In this document: positions 1-14,162 of the stretch, piece after piece | How the letters are laid out: the number at the start of each line of letters is the position of its first letter | Numbering within the stretch: the first letter of the stretch is position 1 | Assembly: GCF_963921235.1 (NCBI RefSeq) | Contig: NC_086109.1 | Location: 19,408,001-19,472,000 of the forward strand | Direction: 5' to 3' | DNA length: 64,000 nucleotides | DNA from: Mobula hypostoma | Taxonomy: Eukaryota | Position numbers and translations under genes: made by a program | The notes under the pieces: generated by a model | Database searches by the model: none | Seen by the model: only the letters and a program-made list of their open reading frames with translations | What the model was told of the DNA's origin: nothing

Positions 1-680
1 TGTACTGAAGAATGACAATAAACAATTTTGAATATCTGTCCCTCAAACAGCAAGGTTAAACATGGACAATATCACATTTTTATCCATGGGAGCTTGCTGT
101 GCCTAAATTAGTTTCTACATTTCAAAATGACTCCATTGGCTACACGAGGAATTCTGCAGGTGCCATTGGCTACAAATCATTTGGGACATGCTAAGGTCAT
201 GAAGGGAACTATAAAAAAAGATTTTCAGAAGATTTTGACATAGCCTCTATGTTTTTGTGAGGAAATGCTTCATGGACTAGCAAGGATTAGTTTTGCCCAG
301 TTGAGACTCCTATATTAGAAATGGATCTTAGTGATTTGCTGTCCCTCAGTGATCCAGCAGTCGGCAGGAGGATAAGTGCCCTCCGAATTCAACACTCCTT
401 TAGACAGTGGGTGATCTTGGTATTGTGATGCCCATGCAAGTTAGAAGTGGCAGTGTGCTGGGCATCATGATTTCAGATTTCATATCTATTTATCACATGT
501 ACATCAAATCCTACAGTGAAAAGCATCATTTGTATTAATTACCAACACACCCAAGTACGTGCTGGGGGCAGCCCACATGTGTCGCCCTCATTCTGCTGCC
601 AATACACCACAATATTCAGCAGAACAGCAAAACAGCACAGAACAACAAGGCGAAAACAGGAAAACAAGCCCCTTTCCCAC

Positions 681-724
681 CACACATACACACACATACA
701 CACACACGCACACGCACACGCGCG
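681..724. repeat. (CA)n/(CG) alternating purine-pyrimidine microsatellite
   Basis: cacacatacacacacatacacacacacgcacacgcacacgcgcg. Confidence 0.9.
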
Positions 725-1289
725 ACAGGACAGCCCACCTCTGGGCCTCCAGTCCTTGGCCCCAGATTCTCAGACTGCAGACGTCAGGCCTAGCAAACTC
801 AACTTTCGGGCCCCTACGTCTAGATGTGTCAACTTCAGTCTTTGAACTTTGGGCTTTCTACCTCCGCACTTTTTGACTTATGGACTTTGAATCTCAGCTT
901 TGCACTCCAGACTTCACTGACCTCCGGGTATCAACCCCAAGCCCGACAGTTACGAGTTTGATCTTGAGGCCTCAACCCCAGGATTTGCTGATCACCCAGG
1001 TTTGATCTTCAGGTCTCGACTTCCAGACTTGCCCTCATATCAATAATTAGAATATCTCTCTGTCTGAAAATCCATTGTGTCTGCCAATGAGTTGCCTTGT
1101 GAGACAAAACTGAGGCAGCACTAACAAGACTTACTGCATATTTAAGCTGCTTAGAAAACAGTCACTATTTAAACAGTGCATTACTTTCTGTGTAGTTTCT
1201 TAATAAGCAATAAAACTAAGACATTGAAGTTAATCAGTATGTCAGACATCACCTGTGAAAACAAAAAATCAATCAATGTTTCAGAGTTA

Positions 1290-2000
1290 TAGCTGGTTGT
1301 GGACTGCAGAAGGAATGGAGACAGGCTAGCTCCTATTGCTATCAGTGGATCTGGGGTTGAGAGGGTGAACAGCTTTATGTTCCTGGGCATAAACATCACC
1401 AAGGATCTCACATGGTCTCTACATACCGGCTGTGTGGTGAAAAAGGCACAACAGCGCCTCTTTCACCTCAGGCGATTGAAGAAGTTTGGTATGGGCCCCA
1501 AATCACAAGAACCTTCTATAGGGGCACAACTGAGAGCATCCTGACTGGCTGCATCACTGCCTGTTATGGGAACTGTACTTCCCTCAATTGCTGGACTCTG
1601 CAGAGAGTGGTGCGGACAGCCCAGCGCATCTGTAGATGTGAACTTCCCACTATTCAGGACATCTACAAAGACAGGTGCGTAAAAAGTGCCCAAAGCATTA
1701 CTGGGGACCCGAGTCACCCCAACCACAAACTGTTCCAGCTGCTACCATCCGGGAAACGGTACCGCAGCATAAAAGCCAGGACCAACAGGCTCTGGGACAG
1801 CTTCTTCTACCAGGCCATCAGACTGATTAACTCATGCTGACACAACTGTATTTCTATGTTATATTGACTGTCCTGTTGTACATACTGTTATTATAAATTA
1901 CTATAAATTGCACATTGCACATTTAAATGGAGATGTAACTTGAAGATTTTTACCTCTCATGTGTATGCAGGATGTAAGAAATAAAGTCTATTCAATTCAA
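1290..2000 (+). mobile_element. Rex1/Babar-like LINE 3' fragment
   Basis: VERVNSFMFLG...KKAQQRLFHLRRLKKFG, ESILTGCITACYGNC, DPSHPNHKLFQLLPSGKRYRSIKART; aataaa and (attca)n tail near 1980-2000. Confidence 0.88.
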
Positions 2001-2245
2001 TGTCGGGTGCTGGTGAGACCACACCCGGAATATAGTGTATGGTTCTGGTAACCATTATATAGGAAGGATGAGATTAAGCTGGAGAGGATGCCATGAAGAT
2101 TCACAAGGATGTTGCAGGGATTGGAGAGTATAATTTATAAGGAAAGTCTAGATAAACTCGGTTTTTCCTAGAGAGAGGGAGGCTAAGCAGTCACTTGTAC
2201 ACACTGGACATTCAGCAGTTGTTGGAAATTTTAAGCAACATGCCT

Positions 2246-2320
2246 AAAATGCTGGAGGAACTCAGCAAGCCAGGCAACATCGATGGAGGGGAAGAAACTG
2301 CTGAGTTCCTCCAGCATTTT
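2246..2320. repeat. Perfect 22-bp inverted repeat made of Penelope tail sequence
   Basis: aaaatgctggaggaactcagca (2246-2267) and tgctgagttcctccagcatttt (2299-2320), 31-nt loop. Confidence 0.85.
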
Positions 2321-5300
2321 GTGTGTGTTGATTGAGGGGTAACTTATTGAGATTTATAAATTCATGAGTGACATGGATGAGGTAGATGGTCATAGACAGT
2401 TTCCCTCAAGAACTCTAAAACTTGGTTTAAGGGAGGGAGGAGATATTTAAATGGTAAATGATAGACAGGTTTTTGATGCAGAGGGGGTGGGTATATCAAA
2501 CAAGCTGAAGGAGGAAATAGTAAAGATGGGTACAACAAATTTCTAAAAGACAGGTTTGTGGATAGAAAGGATATGGATTAAACACAGTAAATAGGAACTG
2601 CCTTGGTAAGCTTGGACTTAGGCCGAAAAGCCTGCTTCTGTGCTATACAACTCGATAACTCAGTAAGATTGAAACAGCAGTTTCCACTAGAGATTCTTTA
2701 TCCAAACTTGGAAACAGAGTGTGCAGTGAGCATTTCCACCACTTTCTGTCTGCATTTTATATTTCCAGCACCCGCAATTATTGGGTTTTCATTTATTTGA
2801 AAAGAATGTCTGTGAACTAAAGCAAACTAGCTTCATGAATAAAGTGCAGCAGCATTTCGCAATGAAAACAGAGCAAATTCGCCAGCAAAGTGCCTTGTCC
2901 GTAGATTATTTAAGTAATACAAATCATGCTTACAAAATCAATTTCTTTCATTCACAACAGTAGTCAATAGGAGTGATTGGCAGAAGAATTGTCCAATTAT
3001 CTACAATAGCAATGTCATTATATAACCCTGAATCTCTGCCTGTACAACATTTACATCCTTTCAAATAGACAAAGCATTGTGTGCCTTTGTGAAAAGCAGG
3101 TTTTTAAGTATCCTCTATAAATCCATACATTGAATCTTTGAACTAAATGAATGTAGGATGAAAGGATGCTATTTTTAGCTCTGTGCTGCTATTTTTACAT
3201 CCAGTGCAGTCCACAGTATGTTACATCTAGGAGATTTTCTGTGAAGCAAGAACACATGAGATGTGAAGAGCTCAAGGGGACTTTGGTCGTCACAGAAAAA
3301 AATTGCTTTAAAAAATCAATCTGCATACTAAAATACAATCTGCCATTTGTGTAGGGATTATGGAAAGCATAACAGAGGTATAATTTGAAATATTTCTTTC
3401 CCTCCTCTGACAAAAGACAACCTTTAATGCTCTAGAGAGGGAGCATCAATTTTATAAAACCTAAAATTATAGGTTTTGTACGGCACCAGTTTTAACCCTT
3501 GTCACAAAAGCTTCCTCCGTTCCCACCACGGATGATGAATATGGACAAGGAGTAGTGGGGAGGGGAGGGGCAAGGGACGTTAGCTAGTGGGATGGGGAGA
3601 ATGCTTACTTCAGCCAGGTCACCTGATGCAACGTTTGTAAAGGTCAGCATACTTCACAGGCTTCATTAAACTTACAAAGTTGGAAGGAGTCATTTAGATG
3701 CAGCATGGCTGAGGAGCAGTTAATATTGCTCCTGAGACCTATGTTTGATCATGCATTTGGTTACAATCTATATGGAGTCTGGATGTTCTTTCCTTGATCA
3801 TATGGATTTCACTGGTGCTCTGGGTTCTGCCTACATCTTTGAGATTTGCTGCTGGGTTACTTGGATACTGTAAATTACCCCTTCGTCTAGGAATAGTACC
3901 TGGCAGAAAAAACGAAGAGGTGCTAATGGGTCTGTTGGAAAACAGGTATTTCAGGTCTAGAAGGAATGATAGAACTGGTCTATAGGGAGCTGGTATGGGG
4001 CCAATTAGCTTTATTGCCCCTTTCTGTACTGTAAATGTAAGGCCAACATTACCATAGTTTAATGGTCATTTTATTTTTATTTAATGATACAGAGTGCAAC
4101 AAGCCCTTCCTTTGAGCAGTGTTGACCAGCAACCCACTAATTTAGTCCTAGCCTAATCACAGGAATAATTTACAATGACAATTAACCTATTAACCAGTAT
4201 GTCTTTGGACTGTGGGAGGAAACCAAAGCACCCGGAGTAAACCCACATGCTCACAGGAAGGAACAAACTTGCCTGCAGTATTGAACTCCGAACTCTGACA
4301 CCCCGAGCTGCAATAATAGCATGGAGCTAACCGCTATGCTACTGTGGCGCCCAGATAGAGAATTAGTTTTTAAAGTTACAGATGCGAAAATTTTAAATAG
4401 AAGTCTGCTGAAAATATTCAGCAGTCAGGCCACACATGGGGGAAGAAACTGAGCCAAGGTTTCGGGTCTGAGAGCCTTCATCCGAACTGGGAAGGAGAGT
4501 GAAAAAGCTTATTCAGCTGTGAGGAGGATGGGGAAGGAGGATGTATTTTGCACTACCTTACTTCCCCTTTTCTATTTTCTATTTATGATTTATAATTTAA
4601 ATTTTTAATATTTACTATCGATTTGTACTCCAGGGAGTGTGAAGCGCAGAATCAAATATCACTGTGATGATTATATACTCTAGTATCAATTGTTTGGCAA
4701 CAATTAAGTAAAGTATTTGATTGGGTAAAACAAGACTGAAATATCAGAACATCTCCCTTATGATGCTTCCTGCAAATAAACATTTTTTTATTCCTTTCCA
4801 GTTCTACAAGGGGTCCTCAAACTAAAAGTTTTGCTCTGTTTCTTTTCCTATAGATGCAGCCTGAACTGACCTGCTGAGTATTCTCAGGATTTTCAGTTTA
4901 TTTTTTTAATAGTGAATAGTTTTACCATATTGCTTTGACATCCTGCCAAGCAATTTGCTCCTCTTATCTCTAACAGGATTCGTGCACTACCAGTGGGTGA
5001 GAATTCATGCCAGGGTCTCTGCCCTCTATCACATCACAATTGCATTGGCAAATCCACATCTTACTACCCAAAAAGATTGCCTATAATTGGGAAGACCTGC
5101 TAATGAGGGAAGAGGAAAGGGCCACAGCATAAAGACAGCAAAGCAACCCCAAACATTTGAGTTTAGATTCCCGATGTGATCAAATAACAGATTGTGCAGA
5201 TTAGGCTACACTTCAAATTATTTGCATAACCATGTGTGAAGCTTCGCATGAACCAGCACAAATGGCCAGTGAAAAGAATGTAACTACCTCTTTGTTTAAT

Positions 5301-6074
5301 CCTATTATTAAAATTCATTCCATTAGGTTATTAGGAATGGTCATCTGGTAATTTTTTATTATGACAGCTGAAACCAGCAAAAATAATCAAGTTTCCACCT
5401 GTGAATAACAATTTAATATCACTGAAAATTATTTTAAAATCTACACTGAACTTTTGAATGGGTTCATTATTTAGTTCTGCGGCAAATTAAATATTCAAAA
5501 ATATGATTTTTTAATGGTCATTCAATCAAATTAGTCCCAATCCCAAGCTCTTAACCCACAGCTGTGCAAACATTTTCCTTTCAAGCCCTATATCCAGCTC
5601 CTTTGTGAAAGTTGTTATTAAATCTGTTGCCCACTTTACGTCAATGTGTAGTGGGATACAGCAACTTGCTGTGAAATATTCCTCTTGTATCTGTTCTGGT
5701 TTCTTTTTTACTTACTTTTTTTTTCCCTGCTGCAGGCACCTTTATGGGATGTAAAACTAAAATAGTCAGGAACTTCAGCTATTCCACAGATGGAGTTGGC
5801 TCCTGTAGGCTCTAAATAATGAATTACATGACACTTTCATACAGGTTGGATTATTATTAAATCTTTCATCATATTCTTTCAAATCTTCATTTCTCTGAAT
5901 CATAATCATCTTTACCTGTCAGTTATATAAAGCTCTGCGCAGATCTCCACTTAAAATATTGTGATCTTTTCCAGGTTACCCAACTCAAAAAGGGAATTTT
6001 AAGCTTGGAGCAAAGGCAGTGAGCAATAATATTGGGAATAAAACTTAATAATATGTCTCCTTTACTTTCCAACT

Positions 6075-6295
6075 CAGCTGGCTTCACTTATCACCTTCTA
6101 GCTATTGTCCTTCCCCTCCCCCCATGTTTTTATTCTGACATCTTGCTCCTTCCTTTCCAGTCCTAAAGAAGGATCTCGGCCTGAAACGTTGACTGTTTAT
6201 TTATTTCTATAGATGCTGCCTGACCGATTGAGTTCCTCCAGCATTTTGTGTGTGTTGCTTTGGACTTCCAGGTCTGCAGAATTTCTCGTGTTTGG
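6075..6295 (+). mobile_element. Solo Penelope 3' end with degenerate hammerhead (6158-6195)
   Basis: CAGTC-CTaAaGA-AGGatctcggCCT-GAAACGTT-GACTG followed by the shared tail tagatgctgcctgacc..tgagttcctccagcattttgtgtgtgttgc. Confidence 0.8.
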
Positions 6296-7819
6296 ATGGA
6301 TTGGGATAAACCAGGATGGGAAATCAGTTCGAGAGCTGTTCAATGTTTCTTCCTGACTGAAGGATTTTGCTACCCATTTTTTTCTCAGTGTTGAAAAGCC
6401 TATTGTAGAGAAATTAAACAAATGCCAGTACTTTGTTTATGGTTTCGTTAGGGATGCTCCAATAAGTCATGTTTATGATATCAATGACCCCAGATGTCTT
6501 AATTCATTAAGTCATTTGAACAAATAAAAGTGATGATCTAAATGAAATATAGTCAGTGTCACTTTTTAGATACACTTGTAATCTGCTCATTTATGCAAAT
6601 ATTTAAACAGCCAATCATGTGACAGAAATTCAACGCCTAAAATCATGCAGACATGGTCAAGAGGTTCAGTGTTGTTCAGATCAAACAGCAGCATGAGTAA
6701 TAAAAGTGATCTATGTGACTTAGGCAATGGAATGATTGCTGGTGCCAGATGGGGTGGTTTGAATATTTCAGCAAATGTTGATCTCCTGGGATTTTCTCAC
6801 AAGACATTCTCTAGAGTTTAGGAATGGTGCGGAAAACCAAAAAAACATGCAGTCAGCGCGGTTCGGTATGCAAAAGCACCTTGTTAATGAAGGCAATCAG
6901 AGGAGAGTGGCCAGACTGGTTCAGGCTGACACGAAAGAAACAGTAATTTAAATAACCCCATGTTACAACAGCGGTGTGCAGAAGAGCATCTCTGAACACA
7001 CAAGTCATTGAACCTTGAAATAGATGGGCTACGGCAGCAGAAGACCATGAACTTACGCTCAGTGGCCACTTTGTTAGATACAGAAGATACCAGATAAAGT
7101 GGTAAATGATCGTATGCAGGATCATTAAAGGATCATTGATGAGGTGAACTGAGAGAATGCACTTTTAGTATTGAGAGACAGCAGAAGAAGGGGATTAAAT
7201 AGCCTTAGAACAGTATGCCATGAAGCATTTTTCCTTTTAAATAATGGCAAAATGTAATGAAGAGAATTTAAGTTAAAAGTTTATTTAGAGATTGAAGAGT
7301 TTTTGCGAACCAAAAGTGTTCAGTGTTGAAAAGAACCAGCTGTGGGAAAAGTTAAGTACAAGGCAAATAAAGTGAAAATTTTATTTGAATATTGGTACAT
7401 GAGGGGTCCGGAGTCTTATATCACTGCAACCTAGGAGGCTAACAGTCACAGAGTAGACAACTTGTCTCAATTGTTCCCAGCTATTCCATTAGCATTAGAT
7501 CAGGAAGTAAACACATTGGCTGATGTAAACTTCATTCTGGAGCCAGCACCTGGAATTGTAATAAGGCATATTAATCAGGGATCTGAGGTGTGCAAAGAGG
7601 ATTTATAAGCAAGCTTCCCATCATCAGTTCCATCATGATTCATGTATAGTTTCTGTTGAACACTGAAAGTTAAATAAGCAAATGCTTGAGGTTCTGGTTG
7701 GGATGTCCTGGTTGCTAACAATGTATTTTGTCAGTTATTCATCATCTCAGTGGCAGGCACATTGATGGCATTGCTTCATCATTATCCTTAAACATAATAC
7801 CACTACCGATAATCTTCTT

Positions 7820-8320
7820 GAATCAGAATCTAATTTATTTTCACTGACATGTCATAAAATTTGTTTTACAAATCTGCTGTACAGTACAATGCAAGACATA
7901 AAAAAATCTACTATAAGTTATAATAAAAATAGTGTAAATGAGGAATAGTGAGAGAGTGGTCATGGGTTCCTGTACCATTCTGAAATCTGATGGTAGAGAG
8001 GTAGAAGCTTTTCCTAAAACATTAAGCTTGCATCTTCAGGCTCCTGTACCTCCTCCTTGATGGTAGTACTAAGAAGAGGGCATGTCCCAGATGATGAGGT
8101 TTCTTAATGATTTAGCCTTCTTGAGCCACTACCTTTTGAAGATATTCTCGATAGTGGGGAGGTTTGTGATTGTGATGGAGCTGATTGGGTCTACAACCCA
8201 TTGCAACTTCTTGTGATCCTGTCCATTGGAAACTCTGTGTTGGGCAGTGATGCAACCAATCAGAATACTCTCCTTTGAACATCTGTAGAAATTTGCTAGA
8301 GCCGTCAGTGACATACCAAA
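7820..8320 (-). mobile_element. Rex1/Babar-like LINE 3' fragment
   Basis: Minus ORF LANFYRCSKESILIGCITA...; tail gaatcagaatc..tttatt at 7821. Confidence 0.75.
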
Positions 8321-9119
8321 ACCTTATCTACAATTTCCTACAGCTTCAATATCCCAATTTGATAATATGAAGATCAGATTAGTCAAAAAAAAACTTTTGA
8401 ATTAAACCCTTGTATTTTGTTTGTAGTTAGTTAGGGCTGTTCCACTGAGTCCTTTTTAAATCTGTATTCCAAGATCATTTTATGCTTCTACCCCACTCAG
8501 GACCATACCTTCCAAGGGATGTGAATTCTTTCCCTATCATATTAAAATCAAACAACCTGTTTTATTAAAAATTAATTTGCCCTTTCACCGCTCGTTCTGC
8601 AAGTCCTGTTCATTATCTTCTGCAGTCCGGTATAGTCCACGTTATTTGCTACCCTCCAGTCCTTCGTTTCGCCAAAGGAACCGGATATTGTCAGAGTATT
8701 TTGCCACCATCTCTCCAGTCTTTCAGCCCAAATCATTTTTCATTTCAATTAACAGTGATCTTTTTATGGATCACTGTAGATATTACTTTCCACTCTCTAT
8801 CAGCCTGATAAATTCCCCTTAAAAGCTCTTCTCAAATTGACAGATATATTTAACTTCATTCTGAATAAAACAACTGGAAAATTTTGGAAACAGTCAACAG
8901 GTTAGGCAACATCTGAGAAAAGAGAGAACAGTTAATGCTTCAATTCTGAGGCCCTTCATCATTTCTCTTTTGACAGATGTTGTGCCTGCTGAGTGTTTCC
9001 AGATTTTTGTTTTTCAGATTGGCAGCATCTGTAGTTTTGATGTTTTATTTAATTTTATTCTACTGCCTGACCATTGATTTGTTACACCCATCTCTCCATG
9101 GGGATACATTCTCAGCCTT

Positions 9120-9530
9120 TCCATTATACACTACCATATTCCTAATCTACTCCATTCCCCTCTCCTTTCCCTCACCAAACCTCCACATCCTTCCCTTCCT
9201 CTCCCCCTTCTACCTGTATATCTCCCTTTCATTCCCATCTTTCTCGATCCTGTCCTTTCTTCGATATTCTTCTTCTGGTTCCACAAGCTAATATCCTCTG
9301 CCCCCACTTGCTTCATTTTTTTCACTTCCTTTTACCCCTCTGCTCTTCCCTAACCCCTCCCCTTCTTCCCTCTCCCTTATCTTCCCCATTATTCTACCCC
9401 CTTCTCTTTTCTCCTGTTTTTGTTTCTCTTTCTCTCTCTTCTCCCTCTCCTTTCCTCCCCTCCACCTTTCCCCTCTCTCCTCATGCCACTTACTACCCCC
9501 CCACACACACACACCATCTCTCCCTTCAGT
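9120..9530. repeat. Long polypyrimidine (C/T-rich) low-complexity tract
   Basis: About 400 bp almost devoid of G on the plus strand, ending in a short (CA)n. Confidence 0.8.
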
Positions 9531-11449
9531 CTCTGAAAATTGAACACCAGAACGCCAGATATCTTATTAATGCAGACTGCCTCCAGTCTAGTCTGGAAGT
9601 CTGGTTTTATTAGTTTGCTAAACAGAGCAGCACAGGGTCCTTTAGGTAAGATTAGTTCAGGGCAGTGTGATTGCCCGGGGTTACCTGTTACACAGCCAAT
9701 GTGGCACCTTGACCAGCCAGTGCCCAGTTTGAAAATTCATGACATGTTCTTGATCAGTTATTCTGTCCCATTCGCAGACATCTATCATTGTGCACAATGT
9801 TACTGTTTTATTCTCAGACATTTTACCAGGCAGCTCACAGTGAGGAAAGCCTTTAACACATCCTGTACGATTCACACACCTGTTCAGATTTAACTCTGTT
9901 ATTAGATTAATGCGAATCACATTATTTTTTAAAGATATGTAAAACGGAGAAATGTGGCACTCATGCAAGCTGAAAGAATTCCTTACCGCTAACAACAAAC
10001 GAACCGAGTTCAGTTTGACTCAATTGTGGTCAGACAAAAACGGCTTTATCAAAGCAACTCTGATTGAAATATCATTTGTTCAGTGAAAGTAGAACTGCAG
10101 ACCATTCTCCAGTGAGTTGTAAGACTTGCCCCATTCCCCCAGCCTCGTTTTGTCTAGAAGGTGCAGTTTGTGTTCAGTATGGGTTACTAACAATCACCGG
10201 CCTTTCAGATTCCCTCCGCACTTGACAATGCGAAATCACCCCTCTTGATTATCATTTGCCTTGCCATCGCGTTTGTAATGAATTGCTTATTAACGAGTTT
10301 GGTAACCATTGAAGAGCTTTGCAAAAAGAGAAGAGGGGAGAAGGGAACGGAAGATATAACTGCATCACGGTGTAAAGACTGTCGCGTTAATCCACCCGTA
10401 CCCGGGGCTGACATTTAGAAAAGGAATTTATTGACAGAGAGGGTTTGACTCCACCGAATGCAAACTGCGCCATCTGGCTTTGTTCAAGATATTGCGCAAA
10501 GTTTATCCCTTTCAATATAAAGTCAATCATTCAATCCGCATCAAAATCCCTTTTTAAAAAAAGCGCGCACAATCTGTGTTTCCAAAGTACTTTTTAATGA
10601 TGCATCGACCTTGCGCCTATAGAATCAAGTTTAAATTCGGGAAAGATCAGGAAATACGTGTCTATGAGGAATCCATCCCAAACTTTCGCAAATCCCTTCC
10701 ATTCCAAGATCCCGGATAACCTGCCCATTTCTACCCTTTTGCCTCAGATTTACAACATGAATAATTTTCACACCTGTAGTTTCTTATTTTAAAAGCGATG
10801 TGCCTGTTTTAGCTATCCTCTCCTATACATCTGCTGCAATATCCGGAGATATTATCCGAAACAAACGTAAAACACCCGGGACGGTAGAAATCTGAACTAG
10901 TTGTTTGAGACAGTGTTCGAAGGTTTCTGCTGTAACATCGCACCGGGCCGGATTACCTACTAATTGATTGCAAGCACCTTTCTCCTGATGCACACAGATA
11001 GCCGTCTAATATTGACAGCTCCACAAACACTAATAAACGAGGAGAAAGAAATCAGTGTAACAATTTGCCGTCTAACTCTGGACCCAGCTTGAGAGATAGA
11101 ACCAGGGAGCTCTCTGCACACAGGAGTAGAAGTCTTGTAATGAAACAGGGACCGGGAGAGCGATTCCAATTAAAAGACATTATGAGTTATTAGAACTGTA
11201 GAGGGCACCGCTAACATTAGTATGGAATAAGTTGGACATTACTGCATTTATTCAAGGATTTTTCATGGCATGTACAGCGTTTAATATAAAGTAAAAGACT
11301 TATGCCAGACATTCATTAGTAATATCAGTCATTTACGCGCATGCATTTATTTCTTAACCTAGTGATAAAAGTATAGGTGAGTTAGAGTATAAACAACCCC
11401 TCCCCTCCTTTTAATTTTACAACTAATGGTACATTACCCCAGAAACCCC

Positions 11450-12310
11450 GTCATGAAGGGAACGATGATCCTTGGCGCAGAGGGATGTCTCCACTGCTTT
11501 GCAAGGTCCTGCGAAGGTGAGTTCAGAGTCGCGCTCTCAGAAACCCCACCCTCCTGTGCGTCCGAGGGGATGTGTTCCCTTAGGGACTTTGGTTGGTATT
11601 TATTGATTAGAGTCTATTGATGTACGCAGGAGAGGGGTGGTTTGGATCGATAAATGATAATCATAGCTCAGTGTCTATGATCCAAGCCTCGCTTATACTC
11701 AAGCTTATACTCAAACAGGTTGAGCACTTCTAGCTCTGTGCCACACGCCTCTCTCTCTCTCTCTTTCTCTCTGCTTTTTCTCGCTTCCTTCCCCCTTCCC
11801 TCTTCTCTGTCTGCTGCGCGTCTCTATGGGAGGGTACTGTGGCTAACAGGCACTACCAGAGCCGGGGGGGTGGGGGAAGAGAGAGCACTGTCTATCAACC
11901 CAGGCTAGACATGCCATCACAACGCTGACCCGCCTATCGCATCCGTGCCATTTAAAGTAGAGAACGCCAGAGAGCGAACGAGCGGCAGAGCGAGGTAATA
12001 AGTCAAACATCAAGAAATAACTATAAAACACAAGCCTATTACGTTACCCTGCAAGCAAACTGAGGGAAAACGACCCGTGACGGGCAAGTACAAATAGGCA
12101 AAGTCACGTCGGTGCTGTCGGAGAGACTGAGTCCGTGCTCTCCCACTTCGCGCTCCACTGACTGTATCTACGCTGAGTACCTCGCTGCAGCGGGATTTAC
12201 CTTTCTATTTAAGAGTTTCTGATTTTGTTTGCTTACGGTTCCTTTGCCCTTTGGAATAGAGAAAGGATTGTCCTTGTCAGACCAGACTTGGTTTCCTTCC
12301 CTCCGAAGGT
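11450..12310 (+). promoter_or_regulatory. Putative KCND3 promoter / 5'UTR exon region (CpG-enriched, CT-rich tract, G-runs)
   Basis: CpG visibly denser than in the flanks, (CT)n/pyrimidine tract ~11748-11812, G-runs 11864-11876, no recognisable TE; the TSS cannot be placed from sequence. Confidence 0.5.
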
Positions 12311-12314
12311 AAGC
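12306..12314 (+). promoter_or_regulatory. Candidate 5' splice donor of an upstream non-coding exon
   Basis: AAG|GTAAGC, a strong donor match ~670 nt upstream of the 12975 acceptor; weaker alternatives are GAG|GTAATA (11995) and AGG|GTAAGG (12521). Confidence 0.45.
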
Positions 12315-12957
12315 TCCATCAGGATGTTTCTTTTTGTATCCAACCTACTTTCCTCCGAAGTTTCCTGCTCACCTTTTGCAGAGATCTTGTTGTTGATTGA
12401 CTTTAACCCTGATGTTTCTTTCTCTTTGTACGAGAAACAACATGTATAAACAAGATGATAGGTCGGTTGAGTCATTTATTATACAAACTTACCGAATCAC
12501 CACATTTTATTTTGGGGAGGGTAAGGTTCTGGGATGGAGATATTTCAGTTTGGCTTTGGCGTTGGGGGTGGGGGAGTTAATGGGAGTCATATCGCCTGGG
12601 TCATCTCCCATTAGATTCTCTCCTCGTTTTCCCATCGGCAAGATGACTGCCCTTCACCGTAGCGAGCCAGATTCAATAACAGGACATCAACGAGTTGGGA
12701 ATAGAAAGGATTGTCTCAAAATATCCCGTGCATGAGTTAAAAAAAAGGTTGAGAATATTTAATTAACTGGAAACCTGTTTGAAATGCAAATCTAAAGTCC
12801 AAATCAATGATTCAGGGTTGAGTTATTCGCAGTGTTATCGTCTTATACTTCGGTTGCATGGAAAATTGTCAGCTAAAGCAGTGACCGAATGTCATTACAT
12901 TGTGATAACTTTGTCGCGCCAACGTTGATGAAGACTGATCTTGAGAAGGAAATTGGT

Positions 12958-12975
12958 TTCTGCTCTCATTCCCAG
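12958..12975 (+). promoter_or_regulatory. Probable 3' splice acceptor opening the ATG-containing exon
   Basis: Pyrimidine tract ttctgctctcattcccAG ends at 12975, 74 nt before the ATG; mammalian KCND3 also has non-coding exon(s) spliced onto the ATG exon. Confidence 0.6.
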
Positions 12976-12986
12976 ATGATGCCTGA

Positions 12987-14162
<1,176 letters not shown>

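Noticed and set aside
516..876. ORFs of 109 and 105 aa with HT/TH repeats
   Set aside because: Produced by the (CA)n microsatellite within repeat-derived sequence.
3557..3576. G4-like GGGGAGGGGAGGGGCAAGGG
   Set aside because: Far from the gene in low-complexity sequence with no supporting context.
8977..9613. Hydrophobic or charged ORFs of 64-104 aa
   Set aside because: Translations of a low-complexity pyrimidine tract.
11691..11714. 12-bp direct repeat gcttatactcaa x2 in the promoter region
   Set aside because: Most simply a local slippage duplication; no motif recognised.
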